64,000 nucleotides of DNA from Octopus sinensis (GCF_006345805.1 NC_043013.1:21390001-21454000), one strand, 5' to 3'. Shown: positions 11,869-24,130, numbered from the stretch's first letter. Numbers and translations: made by a program. The notes: generated by a model not told the origin, from the letters alone.

Positions 11869-12101
11869 GTAAGTAAGTATTTCATTTATTTCTTACCGTA
11901 TTTATCGCTGATGAGGAGAAAAATCTTATGAATTAACTTTGAAATCGGAGCCGATACGATAATAACGGAATTTTTTAGAAATTTCTGTCGGCTTACATCC
12001 AGACGCGTGCTTATAGTGATAAACTATATGGTTATTGACGTTTTAAGTCTATTTTCAGCATATTTGGCATTAGAATTTTTTCTTTTGCCCTTGTTTATAA
12101 G
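11869..12101 (+). mobile_element. Short HHR-carrying dispersed element, copy 1 (probably Penelope-like-derived)
   Basis: About 235 bp alignable with 58031-58265, flanked by (TA)n on both sides. Confidence 0.75.
11902..11962 (+). ncRNA. Type I hammerhead ribozyme motif
   Basis: Stem I TTATCG/CGATAA, core CTGATGA (11908-11914), stem II, GAAA (11941-11944), stem III ATCGG-AG-CCGAT, AUA cleavage triplet (cut after 11956). Confidence 0.8.
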
Positions 12102-12104
12102 TTT

Positions 12105-12180
<76 letters not shown>

Positions 12181-12419
12181 GTGTCTGGGTAGAGTCATTT
12201 TCTTTTGGTGCCTTATAATTTAATACACACACCGGTAAAATTTCCACTCATTTCTTATTTTTATTTTCCTAAAATGTTCGTTGTGCCTTGCAACCTTTTC
12301 AATAGTCTTGACTCTCTATGTTTAAGTTGGTCAGTGCAGCCACGCTCTTTGGTTCTCATGGAACAGCTGTACACTTAGAACACGTGTTCAAGTGTTTTTC
12401 GCCTAATCGGCATCGTTTT

Positions 12420-12760
12420 CTTTTCTAATGAGTTTATATATGATGTATTTATATCTCTCTTTACCGTTCAGTCAATGCTGTCAAGTGATGCAATGCGCCA
12501 AGCAAACGCCGTCTAAATGAGTTTATGCCTCTCTACTTCCATCCTTTGTATTTAATATAAATCCTGTCAGTGTCGCTGCTGATGATGTGGAAATTACTAG
12601 TCTTTCTTTTCCTGATGTTCAAGTAATAGGTTCTTCAAATGTCCAGTCTAGTATCCGAACTATTTATATTAACACTGGTCCTACTAAAGCCTTGTGAATA
12701 CGGTTTAATTGAATGTAGACAGCTCTGACTACCATATCTTCAGAAATCTGCTAGAGTTTT
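12420..12760 (-). mobile_element. Very old RTE-like LINE fragment
   Basis: Remnants KALVGPVLI.. and an RRL..GHC-like segment, with frameshifts. Confidence 0.3.
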
Positions 12761-12789
12761 GTTTTATCACTCGCAACGCCAATTTTTTA

Positions 12790-13310
12790 TCTTTTATCTT
12801 TTACTCGTTTCAGTCATTAGACTGTGGCCATGCTGGGGCGCCATCCTCAATAATTATAGTCTAACTTATCGACCCGAGTACGTTTATTATGAAGCCTGGT
12901 ACTTATTCTATCGTTCTCGCTTTTGCCGAACCACTAATCAACGCCAGAAGAGAATGCGCACTGTTTCGAGGCCTACCTCTCGATGGCATCATTGTGCACC
13001 AGCCAACTTCACTGATATGAGGCCCCGCTTCTTAGATCAACTGGTTATCAAATAAAGCTCAAAATTCTTCTAGCCATCGCTCATCGTTTCCTTTTAACCA
13101 AATCCAGTGGCTAACCTTTTCCACATACATACATACATGCAACGGGCTTCTTTTAGTTCTCTCTACCAAATCCACTCACAAGGCTGTGGTTAGCCCGGGG
13201 TTGTAGCTGAAGACACTTGCCCACGGTGCCATGCCGTGGGATTGAATCCGAAAACATATAAAATGGGAAGCAAACTTCTCCTTACATACCACACAGCCAC
13301 ACGTGCGCCT
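12790..13310 (-). mobile_element. SINE family A, fragmented (tail 12790-12945, head 13135-13310)
   Basis: GTTTCAGTCATTAGACTGTGGCCATGCTGGGGC and CACAGCCACACGTGCGCCT motifs. Confidence 0.75.
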
Positions 13311-13357
13311 CGTCTCATTTCCAAAGCGTATGTAATATTTATCAGCGGTGGTAGGGG

Positions 13358-13417
<60 letters not shown>

Positions 13418-13462
13418 GGATGGATGGATGGATGGATGGATGGATGGATGGATGGATGGATG

Positions 13463-13504
<42 letters not shown>

Positions 13505-13569
13505 GATGGATGGATGGATGGAGATGATGGATGGATGGATGGATGGATGGATGGATGGATGGATGGATG

Positions 13570-13601
<32 letters not shown>

Positions 13602-13820
13602 TAGATAGATAGATAGATACAGCCAGACAGACAGACAGTCAGACGGATGGACGGAAGAACAGAAAGACAGGTTGACATATAGGTGGACAAACAGACAGGT
13701 AGACAGGAAGACAGATATGTAGATAGATGGACAGGCGGACCGAATAATAGACAGGTAAACAGGAAGATGGATAGACGAACAGACAGACAGACAGACGGAC
13801 GAACGAACAAACAGAAAAAC
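13358..13820. repeat. (GATA)n/(GATG)n microsatellite grading into decayed (GACA)n
   Basis: Direct inspection. Confidence 0.95.
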
Positions 13821-14173
13821 AGATAAAGTGCTTCAGAGTGACAAGACTAAACATTAACCGAAGTTGTCATCCTTGAGAAAATGTTGTTTAACTTCATTCG
13901 GTATTGGTGACAACTCTGTGACAACCGAACATTAAAATGAAATCGGAAGAGGAGGACTAAACCACTGTTGTACCACGACAACCACTCCGTCCACGACCAC
14001 CAACAATAAACATTAGATTGCCGGCAACAACAAGCACGGCGGTGTTTGTGTGTGTCTCTTCGAGGGCAGTGTATGTACATGTGTGGCAAAGACAGTGTTT
14101 GTGTGTGTGTATGTATTTATGAATGTGTATTTGTAACGGGGAGAGTGAATGATAGAGACAGAGAGAGAGAGAG

Positions 14174-14205
<32 letters not shown>

Positions 14206-14419
14206 ACGTGTGTCATACCATACGTGACAAACAGTCTTATTAAGTGATCAATGGATGCTGAATTAGCGGGGGATTTGTATCCTCAGCGCATGTCGTAGCA
14301 CGTTCCCGCCATTCTTGCTGCTTGCGTTTACATGCACACACACACACACACATACACACACACGCGCGCACGCTCAAAACACACACACACATATATATAT
14401 ACACATGCGTGCATGTGTA

Positions 14420-14505
<86 letters not shown>

Positions 14506-14814
14506 TCATATATGCGTGTATAATACCTTATGTATGTCTGAATATGCGTCAGCACGTACGTGTGTGTGTGTGTGTGCATTGTGTGTGAGTGAGGTCGTTG
14601 CCGTCGTCATCGTAGTGGTAGTGGCAGTGGTAATGGTAATGGTATTGATGGTGTCGGCAGCGGTAATAGCGCTAATGACATTGGTGCTGCTGCTACTGCT
14701 GCTGCTGTATAATGTATGACGATTGGTTGTTTCTGCTGACGTGTAAACATTACTCTAATGATAACAAAAGTGATGGTTTATCATGCATCATTGCGGTGTT
14801 GTGGTGGTGGTGGT

Positions 14815-14990
14815 CGCGGTTCTGAGTTCAAATTCCGCCGAGGTCGACTTTGCCTTTCATCCTTACGGGGTCGATTAAATAAGTACCAGTTACGCACTGG
14901 GGTCGATATAATCGACTTAATCCATTTGTCTGTCCTTGTTTGTCCTCTCTGTGTTTAGCCCCTCCCTCGTGGGTAAGTAAAGAAATAGGT
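14815..14990 (+). mobile_element. SINE family B, 5'-truncated
   Basis: GTTCTGAGTTCAAATTCCGCCGAGGTCGAC...TAAAGAAATAGGTA. Confidence 0.9.
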
Positions 14991-15055
14991 ATATAGAGTT
15001 TGTGACAATGGGGTTAGATGTAGGCCGCTCGCAATTGTGTGGGACCTCATATCGA

Positions 15056-15348
15056 TGGTGGTAGTCATATATTAAACGGTATGGTGGTGGTGGTGGCCGG
15101 TGGTGGTGGTGGTGGTGGCGGTGGTGGGGTGGTGGCGGTGTGGGGTGGTGGTGTGGTGGTGGTGGTTTTGGTGGTGGGGTGTGGTTGTGGTGGTGGTGGT
15201 GGTGGTGGTGTGTTGGCGTGGTGGTGGTGGTGGCGGTGGTTTTGGTGGTGGTGGTGGTGGTGGTTTGGTGGTGGTTGTGGTGGTGGTGGTGGTGGTGGTG
15301 GTGGTGGTGGTGGTGGTGGGGTGGTGGTGGTGGTGGTGGTGGTGGTTG
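15056..15348. repeat. (GGT)n-rich tract
   Basis: Direct inspection. Confidence 0.95.
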
Positions 15349-15479
15349 GTCTCTTGCATCCGAGAAAAACAATTCTGTAATTTTTTTTTTTGCTCAATAA
15401 CCAAGCTACACAGATAATCTGTCCTGTATTGTAGTAATCAAATGTTTGTATTCACTGTTTCCATCAAATCGATATTACT

Positions 15480-15640
15480 TGTACTTGAGCGTGGTGTGCC
15501 ACACGTCAGATATCGAAGTGATTAAAAAAAATCACGTGCAATGAAGTGTTTTGCTCAAACGCAACGCCCGGCCGGGATATCGAAGTCATGATCTCGTGAT
15601 GTTGAGCACAACATCGTAACCACTAGGCCATGCGCTCTCA
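15480..15640 (-). mobile_element. Old tRNA-headed SINE fragment
   Basis: GTAACCACTAGGCCA (reverse A-box) with an upstream TGTTTTGCTCAA..CAACGCCCGG segment similar to family E. Confidence 0.5.
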
Positions 15641-16004
15641 CTTCTGGCTGTAGTAATATAAAGGCGTGTCATGGTGGTAGTATTGATGCTGGATGGGATA
15701 TATGCAAGTAAGATGTCGATCATGATGTAGTATTTTCTCAATTGTTTTCATAGTGATGGTAATTATCATGATGCTGATGGTTGTGGAAGGGATCTCATAA
15801 CAGACAATTTCGTAATGTTTTTTTTTTTCTCTTTATTGTCAATCAGGGGGAAAGGCAGTGTCCATGGTCCTTCCCAAGGCCTCCTTGACTGGAAAAAGGA
15901 AAGGAGATATTCTCAAGCCAGAAACCTCGTTCGAATATTTGTGGACTTCGCTAAAAACACCTGTAATACTATGTATTAGTGTTAAAATTGGAATATATGT
16001 AAAG

Positions 16005-16896
16005 CTCGACGAGGACATCCTGCAGATCCTAATGGAATAAAAGCCCATCGAAACTGTTGAGGGACTAGCAGAGAAGCTTGGATTTGGTCATTCAACCAGT
16101 CATTGATACCTGCGTGCCATTGGAAAAGTCAGCAAATTGGGTCGATGGTTTCCTCACAAACTTTCCGAGTCTAATCGTGCGCAGAGAGTGAATGTGTGCT
16201 CTTTGCTGTCACATCTCACGAATGAACTTTTTTTGGACCAAATAATGACTGGTGACAAGAAATGGGTCCTCTATAAAAATGTCCAGCTCCGAAGATAGTG
16301 GGCAGGGAAAGGAGAAACACCGGCACTCCAGGCTAAAGAAGGTCTTCACCTACGTAAGGTGTGGTTACCTGTTTTGTGGGACATGACAGGTTTAGTCCCC
16401 TTTGAACTTTTAAACTCGAACCAAACGATAACAAAGGAGATCTACTGCGAGCAGCTTCAACAGCTTAAATCAGCGCTAGAAGAAAAATGACCATCTTTGG
16501 TTACAAGATGAAAGGTTTCATCCATCAGGGTAATGCTCGGCCACATACAGGGAAAAGGACATTCCAAAGTCTGGAGCAGTTTGAATGGGAAATGATGCTC
16601 CACCCACCATATTCGCCGGACATTGCTCCATCTGATTATCATTTAATCCGCAGTCTTCAACATCATTTGGACGTTAAAAAATATGAATTCTGTAGACGAG
16701 GAGGTCAGAACAGTACTGGAGGAGTATTTTTCGTCATGGACAAGTGAATTTTGGAAGAGGGGCCTTCCAAGTCTACCAGACAGATGGAAGAGCATTGTAG
16801 AAAATAAAGGAGGATATATTTTAGATTTTTAAGTTTTTAGACTTAGTTTATCTTAATTTTGAATAAAAAGAACCGCATTATTTATGGAATGACTCA

Positions 16897-16897
<1 letters not shown>
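16005..16897 (+). mobile_element. Decayed mariner transposon (DD34D type), 5' end lost
   Basis: LGRWFPHKL, DQIMTGDKKW, HQGNARPH and HPPYSPDIAPSDYHL motifs with stops and frameshifts. The 3' TIR-like CGCATTATTTATGGAATGACTCAA is followed by TA. Confidence 0.93.
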
Positions 16898-16927
<30 letters not shown>

Positions 16928-18099
16928 ACAGATCTCAGTTTTACAGGAGAAAGCGAGATCATAACGTACGAAATCACCGAGTGTTACAGCTTGAATCTTG
17001 TATATTATAATAATCTCAATTATTTTTCTCTCATTCTTCAGTAGAACAGCGTACGCTCGAAACGTAAAAAGCTTCTAATTTTAGTGAGCATAAACCTAAT
17101 AGACCATGTGTGTTTGCGTTTTACTGCGTCTTCGTGTTTCTCTTTGTACCCTACACACACCACACACACACCACACACACACACACACCATATATGTATT
17201 GTAATAATAGATAGTATAGATATGGGGACAGATAAAGCGAAAGATTGAACGCGGAGAAAAATTGGGATCAGAAGGTGGAGAGAAGAGATGAAGAGAAGAA
17301 AAACTTAGTAATTGTATTTCTCCTTCGTTCCAAGGGAACTGTTTCCATGGAAACCAATGAAAAAGATAATTGATAAAAAAATTATTTGGCATGAACGTTC
17401 AACAGTCTTCACCATTAAACACTACGCTGTAACTACTACTACAACTACTACTACTACCGCTACTACTACTATTGATGGTGTTGTTGCTTGTTCAGGTGTA
17501 ACAATTTGAAATTTACTGCGGTGGTTCTGATGTCATATTGAAATATCGATCTCCGTGGTTCTTATTGATTTAAGACGGACAAAGTTTGATTATGATTAAT
17601 TCGAACCAATCAATGTAATATTATTATGTTCCAAGCCCTGCTTTAATTTGCTGCAGATCAACAAACATATATATATATATATATATATCATAAATATGTT
17701 TGTTTTACGTATGTGTGCTTGTATGACTGTGTGCACGTGTCCATCGTCAGACGACGAGAAGGCGCTATAACCCAGTCGTCTGTCCAACAGCTGAAGCGTT
17801 ACAGAACTTGAAGATAAGCTCTCAATCCATCAGCCTTATACAATACATACATACATACATACAAACATACATACATACATACATACATACATACATACAT
17901 ACATACATACATACATACATACATTATTTTAGTTAGTGAGTCTCTTGCTACTCTAATTTTCACCCTTAGTTGTAGTAGTAATACTCAGAGGAATGAGAGA
18001 CTGACTCGACAAAATAAAATATTTTTAATTTCTCCCTAAGTATTGAGTACTCTTTTCCGTCAATTAACACTAAACCGATATATATTTTTTTTTATAGGC

Positions 18100-18510
18100 G
18101 CAATAGTGGCTATATGGGTAAGAAACTTGCTTCCCAACCACATGGTCCCCGGTTCTGTCCCACTGCGCGGGACCTTGGGCGAGTGTCTTTTACGATAGCC
18201 GCGTGTGGACCAAAGCCTTGTGAGTGGATTTGGTAGACGGAAACCGAAAGAAGCTTGTCGTATATATGTGTGCGTATGTGTTTGCACGCGCGTGTCTGTG
18301 AGTCTGTGTTTGTCCATCACCACCTCTTGACAACCGGCGTTAGTGTGTTTACGTCCCTGTAATCTAGCGGTTTGACAAAACAAACAGATAAAGTGCTAAG
18401 CATAAGAAATTAAAAAGTGCTGTGGTGGATTTATTCGATTAAAATTCAAGGTGGTGCCCCAGCATGGTTACAGTCTAATGACTGAAACAAGTAAAAGAAT
18501 AAGAAGATAT
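18100..18510 (+). mobile_element. SINE family A, diverged full-length
   Basis: Same module order as 6941-7355. Confidence 0.85.
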
Positions 18511-18529
18511 ATGTGTGTGTGTGTGTGCA

Positions 18530-18561
<32 letters not shown>

Positions 18562-18576
18562 CGCGTCTGTGTGTGT

Positions 18577-18864
18577 GTGGAGACGCAATGGCCCAGTGGT
18601 TAGGGCAGCGGACTAGCGGTTGCAAGATCGCAGTTTCGATTCCCAGACAGGGTGTTGTGAGTGTTTATTGAGCGAAAACGCCTAAAGCTCCGCGAGGCAC
18701 CGGAAGGGGGTGCTGGCGATCTCTTCTGTACTCTTCCGCCACAACTTTATCTCGCTCTTTCTTCTGTTGGCCTGCTCGCTTAGCCAGCGGGGTAGCGTCA
18801 TTTGAAGGCTAAAACAATGCCAGCGATGTGTAGCAACATCTGATAACGTGGTCGGTCACGGTGA
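18577..18864 (+). mobile_element. tRNA-derived SINE family E
   Basis: TGGCCCAGTGGTTAGGGCAGCGGAC A-box and GTTTCGATTCCC B-box. Inverse copy at 36401-36698. Confidence 0.85.
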
Positions 18865-19884
18865 TATATATATATATATATATATATAATAAAATAGGGT
18901 AATAATAAATTAATATTACCAGTGGCCTAGCACAAAAAACGAATTAGTCATTAGACTATATATTATTCATATTATTCATATATATTTAAGGCAATTTTAA
19001 AACCAAAATGTGGCAGTCACGCCAAAATAGTGAAACAACATAGTTTCTCCTGATATGATTAAGTTTAGATTTAAATGTTGGTTATATTTATCGGTTAATG
19101 ATACCTAGTATACAGAAAACTCCGAAGTTTAGAAAATACATAAATGTAGTTAATCGAGTCAATTATCAATATATTTTGCTCTAAATATTAATTCGAAGAA
19201 ACAGTATGGTTTAGCAGGGGAAAAAATGTAAAGCAAACAAACCGTCGAATGAAAATTGAATCCTAAATTAACTTTTAGCATTTATATAAATATAAATTCT
19301 AGTCTTACGCTAATGTATTTTGGTTGTTTGCTAAAACAACAAAATTACATTTTATTTTTAAAATATTTTTAAGAATCTAATTCTAAAATAACCTTCAAAA
19401 TTGAAATTAATGTTTACAGACAAACTTGGACATAAAACAGTTCTTGTAAATCATATGGAAATACTAATATTGACTGGAGAGATTTTGGAAAATTGTCTAT
19501 GACACAGAAATTTAATAAATCCTCAAATTTCCATGTGACATCATTAGTAGAAGTCGTTTCAAACTAAAATATCCAAGAGTTTGGCTGCAGTGAACAAAAA
19601 AACGAGTAACAGGCACACAGAATGGATTGTTTTAGCTGAAGCTGCTGATAATTGTAATTCTTTCAACTATAGCCATAAGGTCGGCAATTTGCGGAAATTG
19701 GGGCTAGTCGATGATACCCAACCTTGTGTTGAGCTGATATTTATTTCATCGACCCTGAAAAATTAAAAAGCAAAGATGACCTCGGTGGTATTTTAACTCA
19801 GAGCGTGAAGAGCGGGAGGGGATGCCGCCAAGCATTTTGTACGGTGCAATGACGATTCTATTAGCTCGCTGCCTTAATGATAAT

Positions 19885-20100
19885 CTTTCGTGTTTTATCT
19901 TTTACTACGGCCACGCTGGGGCACTGCTTTGAGGAATTTAGTCGAACTAATCGAGACCAGTACTTATTTTCTTTTTAAGCCTGGTATTTATTCTATCGGT
20001 CTCTTTGCCGTACGGTTAACTTATGGCGGCGTAAACAAACCGCACCGTGTCAAGCGGTGGGGGAAGGTCAAACACAGGCACAACGATAAACACACACACA
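19885..20100 (-). mobile_element. SINE family A second module and tail, decayed
   Basis: CGGCCACGCTGGGGCACTGC...TATTCTATCGGTCTCTTTGCCG. Confidence 0.7.
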
Positions 20101-20133
20101 CATATATATACATATATATATATATATAATATA

Positions 20134-20171
<38 letters not shown>

Positions 20172-20209
20172 TATATATATTATATATATTATATAATATA
20201 TATATTTAT

Positions 20210-20650
20210 GGCAGCGCGAGCTGGCAGAACCTATTTGTTACTACCCCAAGGGACTAAACACAGAAGGGACAAACAAGGACAGACAAACGGATTAAGTCGA
20301 TTATATCGACCCCAGTGCGTAACTAGTACTTATTTAATCGACCTCGAAAGGATGAAAGGCAAAGTCGACCTCGGTGGAATTTGAACTCAGAATGTAAAGA
20401 CAAGCGAAAAACCACTAAGCATTTCGCCCGGCGTGCTAACGGTTCTGCCAGCTCGCCGCCTTTGCAAGCTGGCAGAACCGTTAGCACTCCGGGCGAAATG
20501 CGTAGTTCAAATTCCGCCGAGGTCGACTTTCATCCTTTCGGGGTCGATAAATTAAGTACCAGTTACGCACTGGGGTCGATGTAATCGACTTAATCCGTTT
20601 GTCTGTCCTTGTTTGCCCCCTCTATATTATTACCCCTTGTGGGTATAAAT
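20210..20650. mobile_element. SINE family B cluster: head fragment (+), copy (-) 20232-20460, copy (+) 20467-20650
   Basis: Head-to-head copies separated by about 13 nt of unpaired sequence. Confidence 0.88.
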
Positions 20651-20668
20651 GAACATATATGTATAATA

Positions 20669-20699
<31 letters not shown>

Positions 20700-20701
<2 letters not shown>

Positions 20702-20855
20702 AGACGGGCTTCTTTCAGTTTCCGTCTACCAAATTATTTCACAAGGCTTTAGTCGGCCAAGGTTATAGTAGAAGACACTTGCCCAAGGTGCGACGAAATG
20801 AGAGAGAACCAGGAACCATGTGTTTGAGAAGCAAACTTCTTATCGCAGTCACACC
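20700..20855 (-). mobile_element. SINE family A head, decayed
   Basis: GACGGGCTTCTTTCAGTTTCCGTCTACC...GAAGACACTTGCCCAAGGTG. Confidence 0.8.
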
Positions 20856-21814
20856 TGAGTGATTGTTCTTTCTAAACAGGCAGAAAGCCTGATATTATTG
20901 TCGTGGAGGAGGGGACTAGTCTATGCCACCGACACCAGTGCGCAACTGGTACTTATTTCATTGACTGCGAAATGATGAAGGACGAGGTACTGGTCTTCCC
21001 TTTAACAGAATAAGAAGCTGTTAAATATTCGTGATAATTTAATCAATCCCTTCCCTCTTGGCTTTATGGTGGAATTTCCTCCTTTTCCTCCACATCATCA
21101 TCATCATCCTCATTTCTCCTGTCATCGAAAGGTTTTGATATTTTGGAAGAAGGAGAGAGAAGTAGTTTGTACAACATTCTTCCTTTTCTCCTTCTTTATC
21201 GTCTAACCTTTGTTCTTCATCCTTTTCCATTCTTATTCCCAATCTCATCAATAACTACAGTTCTACTTTATCCTATTTGTAAATTCCTTACTTGACACTG
21301 GATTTGATATTTTCATTAAAATCCGAGAGAGAAATAAATATATCGTTGATATTTCACCAAGATAGATTACTACTTCTTATCTGTCATTCTATAAATGCGA
21401 TTATTTCATGTAAGCAGACAAAAATTCGAGGAAACTAGCAAGGAAATCGTTAAATAGGCACGTCGCCGATTCTAGTTAAGTTTGCTTATACATCTGCCAT
21501 GATATTGGCATTAACAGATTTGTTTGTTGATAACCGAGGCGTGGATGGGAAAAGGTAGATAGAACGTTCTCTACTCACCTCGGATAATTGATATTTTTAA
21601 TCTGGTTTGGATGGCAGTGAGAGAAAACGCAGAAGCTATATAAAGCAAGTTTGAACGTTAAACATAGTAGAGATAATGGAGTACTGGAGTTAATATATTA
21701 CAAACTGAACTCCTTCCAAAAATTCTAGAATACAGAATTATAAAACCAGTAACTGCAGTTCGTTGTAGACTACACATAAAGCTAATATGAAAGATAATAT
21801 CATAAGAAACGTAT

Positions 21815-22015
21815 AAGGCGATGGGCTGGCAAAATCGTTAGCACACTGGACAAAATGCTGAGTAGCATTTCGTCCGTCTTTACGTTCGAAGTTCAAATTC
21901 CGCCGAGGTCGACTTTGCCTTTCGAGGTCGATAAATTAAGTACTAGTTGCGCACTCGTTTCGATGTAATCTACATAGCCCCTTCCCACGATATTTCTGGC
22001 CTCTTGTCGAAACCT
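21815..22015 (+). mobile_element. SINE family B, older copy with tail ii
   Basis: GGGCTGGCAAAATCGTTAGCAC...AGTTCAAATTCCGCCGAGGTCGAC. Confidence 0.8.
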
Positions 22016-22249
22016 ACATTATAACAAATGTTAGGATTATATAACTTTTACAATATGTTGTTTCATACAAAGTTAAGGCTATGAAACCATCTCTAAAATA
22101 ACTATCGAACAGGATTTGAAAATATGATATATGTATATATATGATGGCCACAGCTCATTAGCTGAACTGGAAAAATCAAAATCAAATCATTAATATATAT
22201 TATTTATATATATATATATATAATAATATATATGGTATATATATATATC

Positions 22250-22289
<40 letters not shown>

Positions 22290-22397
22290 TAAAGCTATAT
22301 ATATATATAATATATATATATATATATGATATATATTATATATAATATATATATATGGTATATATATATATAATAATATATATATAATAATATATAT

Positions 22398-22588
22398 TGG
22401 TAAAACGGTATAAGGTAGATAACAAAAGAAAGAAAGATACCTCAATATATGTAAATAGAGGAAATTTATCTATACAATAATATGTTACATTACTCGATAG
22501 TCAAGATAAAACTCTGAGATTTCCACTTCGGCATCTGAAACTCAGAGTTTTATCTTGACTATCGAGTAATGTAACATATTATTGTATA
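22398..22588. repeat. Fold-back element (48-bp arms at 22471-22518 and 22541-22588), same family as 54430-54685
   Basis: Perfect inverted repeat, with the leader GTAAAACGGT..GATAACAAAAGAAAGAAAGA shared with 54433. Lies in (TA)n. Confidence 0.85.
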
Positions 22589-22724
22589 TATATATATAAT
22601 ATAATATATAAGAATCTATGGTGGTATTAGAAATCATAACGTAAACAGATTAATTAAATATCACATTGCAATCCCTGCTTAGCTCCTTCTGTTAATCCAC
22701 TCCTCTATATACGACATTAGAATA

Positions 22725-23305
22725 TTGGTCTCAAATTTTGGCACAAAGCCAGCAATTTCGTGGGTTGGAATAAGTCGAATACATCGACCTCAGTGTTTCA
22801 CTGGTACTGAAGTTATGGACCCCGAAAGGATGAAAGGCAAAGTCGACCTCGGTGGAATTTGAACTCAGAACGTAAAGTCGGAGTATTATAATTTATTTCT
22901 TTACTACCCACAAGGGGCTAAACACAGAGAGGACAAACAAGGACAGACAAACGGATAAATCGATTATATCGACCCCAGTGCGTAACTGGTACTCAATTTA
23001 TCGACCCCGAAAGGATGAAATGCAAAGTCGACCTCGGCGGAATTTGAACTCAGAACGTAACGGCAAACGAAATACGTATTTCTTTATTACCCACACGGGG
23101 CTAAATACAGAGGGGACAGACAAGGACAGATATAGGTATTAAGTCGATTACATCGACCCTAGTGCGTAACTGGTACTTAATTTATCGACCCCGAAAGGAT
23201 GAAAGGCAAAGTCGACCTCGGCGGAATTTGAACTCAGAACGTAATGGCAGACGAAATACGGCTACGCATTTCGCCCGGCGTGCTAACGTTTCTGCCAGCT
23301 CGCAC
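22725..23305 (-). mobile_element. SINE family B array (three cores, one head)
   Basis: Core repeated near 22815, 23000 and 23185. Head CTGCCAGCTCGC at about 23293-23303. Confidence 0.9.
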
Positions 23306-23974
23306 CGCATTGCCTCATTAGAATATTAAACTGAAATATAGAGAGTCTTTTGTAATTTCAGCCTTGTTAGAAGTAAGTTTATGTTGCAATTTGTAGGACA
23401 CCAACGTTTATATTTGCCATTGTCTGTTCTTTATTTTTGTTAATGGATCAGCGTTCAGATACCAAACGCGGTTCGCTTTTACGTCCAATATAACGTTTAA
23501 ACTTAAAAGACAACTTACATCTTACGTGATACACCGCGAAGTGGGTTCGATCTTAAATCTCAAGAGAAGCCAGGCAAATTTGGATTAATGAAATCATTGA
23601 GTATGGATATGTCCTTTGATATATTTCATGTACAAAATTCTGAGGTATTTTAGTCCCTCATACAATTAAAACAATAAAAATAATATTAGCATTAGTTGTC
23701 TTCCAGAACTTTCCCAGTAAAAGAGAAATATAAGTCGAGCTTTTGATGGTGAAAAGATAAGTAAATTCGATGGATAAAAACTAAGGAAATTCTCAGCAAC
23801 AAGATTCCAGTAATCCTCTTGCAGCAACAGGATTCGCCCTTCTATGCACCATATTACCACTTTTCAAAAGAATTGTCTTGGGACTATTGAAAGGAAACTT
23901 CTATCGAAGCATGTTAATAGAATTATGACGAAACGTACACCAAATATACCAAACGATATATTAAATATCTTTTA

Positions 23975-24130
23975 CCTTCTTTTCTTTCAGTCGTTTCCGT
24001 CATTAGACTATGGCCATGCTGGGGCACCACTTTGAAGAATTTTTAATCGAATGAATCGAGTCCAGTACTTTTCTAAGCTTGATATACTTATTCTATCGGC
24101 GTCTTTTGCCGAACCGCTAGATTATAGGGA
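23975..24130 (-). mobile_element. SINE family A tail module, decayed
   Basis: CGTCATTAGACTATGGCCATGCTGGGGCACC...TTTTGCCGAACCGCTA. Confidence 0.7.

Noticed and set aside
12230-12325. HHR-like minus-strand motif CTATTGA..GTTG/CAAC-GAAC
   Set aside because: Both core halves are mismatched.
14230-14265. TGATCAATGG Pbx/Hox-like site and nearby homeodomain motifs (also TGACAG near 48510)
   Set aside because: Short motifs are uninformative without conservation data. I saw no homeobox or miR-10-like sequence.
22725-23305. Regularly spaced repeats resembling a CRISPR array
   Set aside because: Eukaryotic SINE multimers with long homologous units and no unique spacers.
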